Source: Clostridium sp.
GTDB lineage: Bacteria > Bacillota > Clostridia > Lachnospirales > Lachnospiraceae
Direction: 5' to 3'
Length of the DNA stretch: 64,000 nt
NCBI GenBank assembly: GCA_017634415.1
Contig: JAGBNL010000052.1
Span: forward strand, 4,317-68,316
Position numbers and translations under genes: made by a program. Below are positions 57,613-64,000 of this stretch, in pieces. How positions within the stretch are numbered: the first letter of the stretch is position 1; the number at the start of each line of letters is the position of its first letter. The notes beneath the pieces were generated by a model, which was given only the letters and a program-made list of their open reading frames with translations, had not been told where the DNA came from and made no database searches.

Positions 57613-58299
57613 ATGGATATCAGAATTCTGACTGCAGATACAAAAGAACTGGAAGATGAAGGGCTGTACCGCAGGTTCTACAGCTTCGTATCCCCATGGC
57701 GCAGGGAAAAGACGGACCGGATGCGCTTTATGAAGGATAAGTGCCTCTCCCTCGGAGCAGGCGTACTGCTGGAAGCTGCCCTCCTGGAGGCCGGGGTGCG
57801 GGATCTTCAGTATTCTTCAGAGGAAAACGGAAAGCCCCGTCTTTCTCTCCGGGAGGATATCCGGTTTAATCTCTCCCACTCCGGCACAAAGGTTTTGTGC
57901 GCCCTGTCCGACCACGATATCGGCTGTGATGTGGAACAGATCCGGGACAAAGGTCCGAAAATCGCAGAACGTTTTTTCTTCCGTGAAGAATATGAAGCCC
58001 TGCAGAACTGCAGGGCTTCCGAAGAACGCAGGGTACTTTTTTTCCGTTTCTGGACCCTCAAGGAAAGCTTCATGAAGGCCACCGGTCTCGGATTCAGGCT
58101 GCCGCTGGACGCCTTCTCCGTCTTTCCGGGTGCAGACGGCATCACACTGCGGCAGCAGGTGGACAACAGACAATATTACTTCCGGGAATACGACCTGCAG
58201 GACGGATACCGCTATGCCGTCTGCAGCGCGGATAAGCCCGTCGGGGAAGCAGAACTGACCGTAATACACTTCCGGGACCTGGCCTCACGATGCTGCTGA
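57613..58299 (+). CDS. 4'-phosphopantetheinyl transferase, Sfp type
   Basis: NGKP, FNLSHSG, IGCDVE, FWTLKESFMKATG; ATG 57613 after GAGGTG. Confidence 0.93.
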   Translation: MDIRILTADTKELEDEGLYRRFYSFVSPWRREKTDRMRFMKDKCLSLGAGVLLEAALLEAGVRDLQYSSEENGKPRLSLREDIRFNLSHSGTKVLCALSDHDIGCDVEQIRDKGPKIAERFFFREEYEALQNCRASEERRVLFFRFWTLKESFMKATGLGFRLPLDAFSVFPGADGITLRQQVDNRQYYFREYDLQDGYRYAVCSADKPVGEAELTVIHFRDLASRCC

Positions 58300-58336
58300 A
58301 ATTCTTTCATGCGGATAGGAGCGGACAGTTCCTCTG

Positions 58337-59914
58337 TCAGGGAATGTAATACTTTGTCATGAAATAGGTTCTGTCCCAGTCCACGATCTTTCTTTCTTCT
58401 TCCTTTACCGGATGGATGTCGAATTCATCGAGCGCCATCACCTTTTTGTCTTTCAGGTCATACAGCGGCCACTCATGAGCTTTTCCATCCGGGGAAATGT
58501 CTGCGGAAAGCGACGGATTTCCGCACTTTGCGAACTGAACCCACATCTTCCGCATGGTTTTGGAAAAGGTCAGGTCGAACACCCTTCCGGCATCCGCTGC
58601 CATCTCCGGATGATTGAACACGGACGCAAGCTCTATGGCGTGTCCGCATTTCATAATCGGGTCCGGAGATTCCGGCGTAAAGTAATAGGTATAGCATCTG
58701 CCGCCGGCTTTGGTCTGGTTCTCCGAGAGCCGGATGATGGGTGAATTAAACCAGATCTGACTGAACAGGGCTGCCTCCTTGTCGTAGGTTTCTCCCGGGA
58801 AGTCTTCGAAAAAGCTCATAATCCGCGCCTTTTCATCCTCCGGAAGCCGGGGAAGCATGGTTCCCATGCGCGCCTCGGCCCATTTCTTCCAGCCATCAAG
58901 CCCGAAGCTGAACACAAAGAAATTCATCTCATCCTTGTTGCAGCCCACGAGGAAGGTGATATCCTTCGCCGCGCCGTTCTCATAGGCCTCGAACGTGTCT
59001 GCGGGCAGGTGAATCCCATCCCTCTCCGGGAACTGACGCATGAAGATCTCGGAACAAGCCGTCTCCAGGAGCTTTTCGCCGCTGACCTTAAGAAGATCAG
59101 AGACGTTTTTGCAGCCGAGCGCCGCCATCAGTTTATCCGTGCACGCGATGGCTTCTTCCGGGGATCTCGTCTGGTTTATGCAGCCGCTCTGGGCGATAAC
59201 CCGCCCGAAGTATTCATGGGAGCCGGGAACCAGCGGAAGCAGCGTACAGCTCGCCCCGCCTGCGGACTCTCCGAAGATCGTCACATTGCCGGGGTCCCCT
59301 CCAAAGCCCGCGATATTCTCGTGGACCCACTTCAGGGCCATCTTCTGGTCCAGGAGTCCCAGGTTCTGCGCGTCCGGATATTCTCCGCCGTCCGGCAGGT
59401 GGGACAGGTGCAGGAAGCCGAGGACGCCCAGCCGGTACGCTATGGTCACGACGATGACGTCAGGATTCTCCTTCACGAACTCCAGGCAGTCAAACATCGG
59501 GTCAACCGTGCCGCCCGCCTCGAAAGCGCCGCCGTGGATCCAGACCATGACGGGCTTCTTCTCCCCGGGTTCCCCGTCCGGCCTCCATATGTTCAGGTAC
59601 AGGCAGTCCTCATCCATGTCGTAGAGGGAGCCCGTTTCCAGCACACCGTTCCCCCAGGCGCTTTTCGCATTGTAATAAGCCTCATACACGCTGTCGTCCG
59701 GAACTGCGTCCACCGGCGCTTTCCAGCGGAGGCTTCCGACGGGCTGCGCCCCGACATAGGGGATGCCCCTGTAGACAATGATATTCTCCGTCCTTCTTCC
59801 GACGAAGGTTCCATTCACGCACTTAACCGCCAGCGAGCTGTCGTACTCTCCGTCGGCAAGCTTCCTGTTCTCGCCGCCGTACAGGGCTCTAAGCTGGTCT
59901 CTTTCTTCACTCAT
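58337..59914 (-). CDS. Type-B carboxylesterase (PnbA-like alpha/beta hydrolase)
   Basis: GIPY, EDCLYLNIW, WIHGGAF, FGGDPGNVTIFGESAGG, catalytic Glu (NKDE) and His (GHAIEL). Confidence 0.93.
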   Translation of the reverse strand: MSEERDQLRALYGGENRKLADGEYDSSLAVKCVNGTFVGRRTENIIVYRGIPYVGAQPVGSLRWKAPVDAVPDDSVYEAYYNAKSAWGNGVLETGSLYDMDEDCLYLNIWRPDGEPGEKKPVMVWIHGGAFEAGGTVDPMFDCLEFVKENPDVIVVTIAYRLGVLGFLHLSHLPDGGEYPDAQNLGLLDQKMALKWVHENIAGFGGDPGNVTIFGESAGGASCTLLPLVPGSHEYFGRVIAQSGCINQTRSPEEAIACTDKLMAALGCKNVSDLLKVSGEKLLETACSEIFMRQFPERDGIHLPADTFEAYENGAAKDITFLVGCNKDEMNFFVFSFGLDGWKKWAEARMGTMLPRLPEDEKARIMSFFEDFPGETYDKEAALFSQIWFNSPIIRLSENQTKAGGRCYTYYFTPESPDPIMKCGHAIELASVFNHPEMAADAGRVFDLTFSKTMRKMWVQFAKCGNPSLSADISPDGKAHEWPLYDLKDKKVMALDEFDIHPVKEEERKIVDWDRTYFMTKYYIP

Positions 59915-59934
59915 ATGCGGGACACTCCTTTCTC

Positions 59935-61569
59935 TTACGGTCGGTATACCTCTTCTCCGTCCACGATGGTGGCCACAAGGTTCGCCTCTGCAACCTTCTC
60001 GATGTCGTCATGCAGAAAATCACAGTCATACACCGCCATATTAGCCAGCTTGCCGAACTCGATGGAACCCATGCGGTGCTCCTGATGCCACTGGCGGGCC
60101 ACATTGATGGTCATGGCGCGCAGGGACTGCTCTCTGGTGATGGCTTCTCCGATATTGCGCGGACTGTCCTTTCCGCCGAGCACATCATCGGGATATACGC
60201 GCTTTTCCGCCGTATAAATGCTGTATTTGATATTCATCAGCGGAGATACCGGATAATCCGAGTGGAATACCACGTTCGCCCCGGCATCGAAGAAGGATTT
60301 GATCGGGTAAGACTGGTCCGCCAGCTCCTTGCCGACATAGCCGCACTCTACTTCATAGTTGCCCGGTACCTCCGGAGTCCACAGCGGAGCCACCGCCGGG
60401 ATGGATCCGGTTTCTGCCATACGCCGGATATCTTCGTCCGTCACAAAGTGCAGATGTGCCAGAACGTTTCTCTGATCCTTATCTCCGGTGATCTTCTCCG
60501 CGTCCTCGATGCAGCCCAGCATGAAGTGGGTCGCGCCGCCGCCCTCGGAGTGGACATGGACCGACATTCCCTCCCGATCCGACTCCACAAGCATCTCTAC
60601 CATCTTGTCATGATCGTTGAAGCGTTCCACGCCGTGGTAGCCCGGCTGATCCTCATAATCCTGGTTCTGCCATCCCGTATGGGCCTCGGTGACGCCGTCC
60701 AGGAAGGCCTTGGGACCGATAATATGGAAATACTCGCCGCTCATGGTGGCGCGCTGCTCCGCGATGCGGGCGACCTCCGCCTTCGGATCTTCGATATTGT
60801 CTGTGACGTACATATAGGCGTAGGTGCGCAGCTTAAGCTTTCCTTCCTGCTCCAGTTCATAGTAAGCCCTGGGCGTATCCCTCCAGGCCACTTCCACGCC
60901 GGCGTCGCCTACCGCGGTAAAACCGCCCTTCAGAGCGAAATCCTGCCATGCGAGGATATACTCCTTGGCCTCATCCAGGGTGACCGGAAGCTTCGGCGTG
61001 ATCTCAAATACGGGGCCTTCGCAGATGTAGCCGTCCGGTTCGCCGTTCTTATCCACGTGTACCTGGTCGTAGCCGTATCTCTTTGCGTAATCCGCATCAA
61101 TGCCGAACATTTCCAGGGCTTTTGTGTTGAACAGCATGGAATGTCCGCCGGAGGAATGCATGATCAGCGGTTTATCGGAGCAGATCTCGTCCAGATATGC
61201 CTTGCTGACATATTGCTCGTCTTCCATCCATCCTGCAGCCATATAGAAGGTGCGCTGAGGATTATTCTCTATGTATTCCTTCATGATCTCCCGGTATTTG
61301 TTATAGTCCGTCATGCGCACCTGGGCCAGGTTCGCCTGCCCGATGGCGCGGTTCCCGGCCAGATAGCCGTGGCTGTGGGATTCCAGAAAGCCGGGATAGA
61401 TGTAGTTTTTGCCGTAATCCAGCACCTCAGCGTCGGCGCCTGCCAGTTTCTTCGCTTCTTCGGCACTGCCGATATAGGCAAACACGCCATCCTTTACCAG
61501 TGCCGCCTCAGCAAATGGTCTCTTTTCATCCATGGTGATGAAGTTGCCGAGAATAACCTTCTTTTTCAT
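59935..61569 (-). CDS. Amidohydrolase_3 family (YtcJ-like) metal-dependent hydrolase
   Basis: PGFLESHSH, KAFLDG, HVHSEG, AHLH, HSDYP, GSIEFGKLAN, TIVDG; AAGGAGG RBS. Confidence 0.9.
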   Translation of the reverse strand: MKKKVILGNFITMDEKRPFAEAALVKDGVFAYIGSAEEAKKLAGADAEVLDYGKNYIYPGFLESHSHGYLAGNRAIGQANLAQVRMTDYNKYREIMKEYIENNPQRTFYMAAGWMEDEQYVSKAYLDEICSDKPLIMHSSGGHSMLFNTKALEMFGIDADYAKRYGYDQVHVDKNGEPDGYICEGPVFEITPKLPVTLDEAKEYILAWQDFALKGGFTAVGDAGVEVAWRDTPRAYYELEQEGKLKLRTYAYMYVTDNIEDPKAEVARIAEQRATMSGEYFHIIGPKAFLDGVTEAHTGWQNQDYEDQPGYHGVERFNDHDKMVEMLVESDREGMSVHVHSEGGGATHFMLGCIEDAEKITGDKDQRNVLAHLHFVTDEDIRRMAETGSIPAVAPLWTPEVPGNYEVECGYVGKELADQSYPIKSFFDAGANVVFHSDYPVSPLMNIKYSIYTAEKRVYPDDVLGGKDSPRNIGEAITREQSLRAMTINVARQWHQEHRMGSIEFGKLANMAVYDCDFLHDDIEKVAEANLVATIVDGEEVYRP

Positions 61570-61693
61570 GACTATGTTCCTCCTTCAGATCTGAGATGCA
61601 TAATAATCGCCATATTAATATAATTTTAACTCACCTGCCCCGATGTCAGGCAAGAGGGTTTTCCAGAATGGCAAATCGGATTTTTCCCCGGAC

Positions 61694-61722
61694 TTGATTT
61701 TGTCAGTGCACCGGGGTATCTT
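61694..61722 (+). promoter_or_regulatory. Putative sigma-A promoter of regulator-kinase operon
   Basis: TTGATT-17 bp-TATCTT. Confidence 0.55.
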
Positions 61723-61746
61723 TGAAAAGGACGGGAGGAAGTGCGA

Positions 61747-62346
61747 ATGAATATTCTGTTTGCGGAAACACTGAAAAAACTCAGAAAGGAAAAAGGATTG
61801 TCGCAGATTCAACTGGGAAACCTGATGTTTGTGAACAACTCCACGGTCGCCCGCTGGGAAAGCGGCCGCCGGCTTCCGGATGCCGCCATGATCACCCGCC
61901 TCTCCAAGGTCCTGGATGTGGATGTCAGCACGCTGCTCTCCACTGCCGCCGAAAGTGACGAATCGCCCAACATTATCATGGTGGATGACAACAAGGCTAT
62001 TCTCTCGGAAAGTCTGTTTGTGCTGGAGGATGTCATTCCGAACGCCGCCATCACGGGATTTAACCTCCCGAAGGAGGCGATTGAATACGCGAAGGTGAAC
62101 CGGATTGACCTGGCCATTCTGGATATCGAGCTGGGAACTGCCCACGGCTTTGATCTCTGCAGGACGCTGCTGGAGATCAATCCCTGCACCAACGTGGTTT
62201 ATCTGACCGCCTATCCCGACTATTCCCTGGATGCGTGGGACACCGACGCCTGCGGGTTTATGGTCAAGCCGCTGACCCCGGAGGGAGTCCGCAGACAGCT
62301 GAAAAAACTTCGCTATCCGTTTTCTATGGGAGGCACGGACACGTGA
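61747..62346 (+). CDS. Response regulator with N-terminal XRE HTH and C-terminal receiver domain
   Basis: LKKLRKEKGLSQIQLG...TVARWESGRRLP (XRE); MVDD, ILDIEL, YLTAY, FMVKP (REC); ATG 61747 8 nt after GGAGG. Confidence 0.9.
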   Translation: MNILFAETLKKLRKEKGLSQIQLGNLMFVNNSTVARWESGRRLPDAAMITRLSKVLDVDVSTLLSTAAESDESPNIIMVDDNKAILSESLFVLEDVIPNAAITGFNLPKEAIEYAKVNRIDLAILDIELGTAHGFDLCRTLLEINPCTNVVYLTAYPDYSLDAWDTDACGFMVKPLTPEGVRRQLKKLRYPFSMGGTDT

Positions 62347-63685
62347 ACCACTGGACTGAAATTCTCTACTTTTCCATCTTCGGCGCGGCGCTGGTATCAA
62401 GTGTCGTCGGACTGCTGTTTACCGCCGTCATGCCCGGCATCGACCGCTGGAGCAAGCGTTTCTTCTCGCTCTATTACATAGTTTTTCTGTTTTGCTGCCT
62501 TGCCGGACTCATGGAAATGGCCGTTTACTACTTTCCCGTCCCCGGCACGGTACTGCATGGCATTATTCTTCTGGAATCCATGCTTCTCCCAATCCCGCTG
62601 CCCATGCTGACGGTTTTTCTTCTGCACTGCTGCGGCGAGGACCCGCGTTCGGGCAGGCTGTTTCACATCGTGATCGGCCTGGTGGCCGTCTATTTCCTCA
62701 TGCTTTTCAGCACTCTTTTAACCGGGGCTATCTTCTATATCTCGCCGGACGGGCATTTTTGCCGGGGACCTCTGTACCCGCTCTGCCCGCTGCCGCTGAT
62801 CGCGGTTCTCCTGTGCAATCTCGCGGGAACAATCAGACGCCGGAAGCAGATTTCGCGCAAGGTCTTTCTCGCTTTCCTCATCGCCATACTGCCCATCATG
62901 GCGGCAATGATCGCGCAGCTGTTCTTCGACTTTTCCCCGTCGTCGACATCAGCTACGTCCTCTCCGCTCTGGCCATGTACGGCTTCATCCTGTCCAACCA
63001 GATTGAACAGGACCGCCGCCATCAGGAGGAAATCGCCCTGCAGCAGCAGGAAATTGCCCTCCAGCATAGGGAAATCGCGCTCCAGCAGCAGGAAATCGCC
63101 CATGAGCGGGCCAGCATCATGGTGCTGCAGATGCGCCCCCACTTTATCTACAATACCCTTATGACCATCCACAGCCTCTGCAGGCTGGACCCGCAGAAGG
63201 CCAGGCAGATCATAATCGATTTTACCAATTATCTGCGCAGGAACTTCAACGCCGTCGCCAGCGACAGCACCATCCCCTTCTCCACGGAGCTGGAGCACAC
63301 CCGCGCCTACCTGGCCGTAGAACAGGCCCAGTATGACGATATGCTTGTCGTGACGTACGATACGCCCTTCATCAGCTTCCGCCTGCCGCCGCTGACCCTG
63401 CAGCCCATTGTGGAAAATTCGGTAAAGCACGGGATGGATCCCTATTCCGGACCGCTGCGCATTTTGGTCCGGACACGGCACACGGATTCCGTAACAGAGA
63501 TCCTCGTGGAAGACAACGGCCCGGGATTTGACCCTTCTGACCCGGACAAACCGCATACCACGCTGACAAACATCCGGCAGAGGCTTCATCTGATGTGCGG
63601 CGGCCATCTGTCGATTGCTTCCGCAGAAGGCGGCGGAACCGCCGTGACCATAACGATCCCCGACGGTTCCGATCCTGCAGTATAA
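62343..63685 (+). pseudogene. LytS-type membrane sensor histidine kinase, frameshifted near 62931-62938
   Basis: GTG 62343 overlaps regulator stop; multi-TM N-half in frame of ORF 62235-63164, kinase half (QMRPHFIYNTL, LQPIVENSVKHG, EDNGPGF) in frame of ORF 62492-63685; one added base gives 447 aa. Confidence 0.85.
63020..63103 (+). repeat. 4 x 21-bp imperfect tandem repeat encoding (H/Q)xxEIAL heptads
   Basis: catcaggaggaaatcgccctg / cagcagcaggaaattgccctc / cagcatagggaaatcgcgctc / cagcagcaggaaatcgcccat. Confidence 0.9.
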
Positions 63686-63820
63686 GATTCCTGGTACCTC
63701 CCCCTGATAACACCGCCGACAAGCCCGCAGAAAAACACGGCCGGCCAGACCATCCCGAATGCGGCTGCCGCTTCGACACCGAGAAAGTTTCCTAATAAAA
63801 GCGTCATCCTGATATCCCCG

Positions 63821-64000
63821 TCATACTATGGGAAATGCAACATCCTGGTAAACCACGACCTCGCCCTCAGACTTCGTGCAGGCTTTTATCGCACCATCCT
63901 GCGAAAAGATAACAGCAACGGAGTTCTCCAGGATGTTGCAGAATCTGTAGCACGCCCGATGGCGCATGCCATTATCATTAAACTTCTTCCCCGCATCAAT
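63821..64000 (-). CDS. C-terminus of DAC/DisA_N-fold (diadenylate cyclase-like) protein; 5' part outside window
   Basis: Not in ORF track; manual translation IDAGKKFNDNGMRHRACYRFCNILENSVAVIFSQDGAIKACTKSEGEVVVYQDVAFPIV* with GxRHR and SQDG motifs. Confidence 0.7.
   Translation of the reverse strand: MDAGKKFNDNGMRHRACYRFCNILENSVAVIFSQDGAIKACTKSEGEVVVYQDVAFPIV

Noticed and set aside
1-64000. CRISPR arrays, tRNA/rRNA genes, IS elements, prophage genes
   Set aside because: No repeat-spacer pattern, RNA gene signature, transposase or integrase motif seen; intergenic gaps are short

Overview
A GC-rich, mostly minus-strand chromosomal segment of a Clostridia bacterium, probably Lachnospiraceae (inferred from gene content and protein style). 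About 57 kb is conserved housekeeping: a beta-CASP nuclease (partial), livKHMGF, DUF512-der-plsY-gpsA, prs, and a rearranged version of the Bacillus 'ylo' region (recG, fakA, yloU, rpmB, yloC-gmk-rpoZ-rimO-pgsA-cinA, rqcH, priA-def-fmt-rsmB-rlmN-prpC-prkC-rsgA-rpe-thiN). It also holds serS, a vitamin B6 salvage pair, ftsK-murE-murF, fprA and capA-ppk2-truA-ggt. Two accessory-looking stretches hold most of the novelty. (1) 23.3-27.7 kb: a flavodoxin, a two-gene small-protein operon (33-aa Tyr-rich plus 86-aa acidic repeat protein) behind a palindromic operator and an SOS-box-like site, and a DMT/glycerate kinase/CdaR unit. (2) 57.3-64 kb: an orphan Sfp-type PPTase, an amidohydrolase-carboxylesterase pair divergent from an atypical two-component system (XRE-HTH-then-receiver regulator plus a LytS-type kinase with a 4x21-bp heptad repeat and a frameshift), and the C-terminus of a DAC/DisA_N-fold nucleotide-cyclase-like protein at the right edge. 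No rRNA, tRNA, CRISPR array, integrase or transposase was recognised. All calls are from motif reading by eye; no database searches were run.
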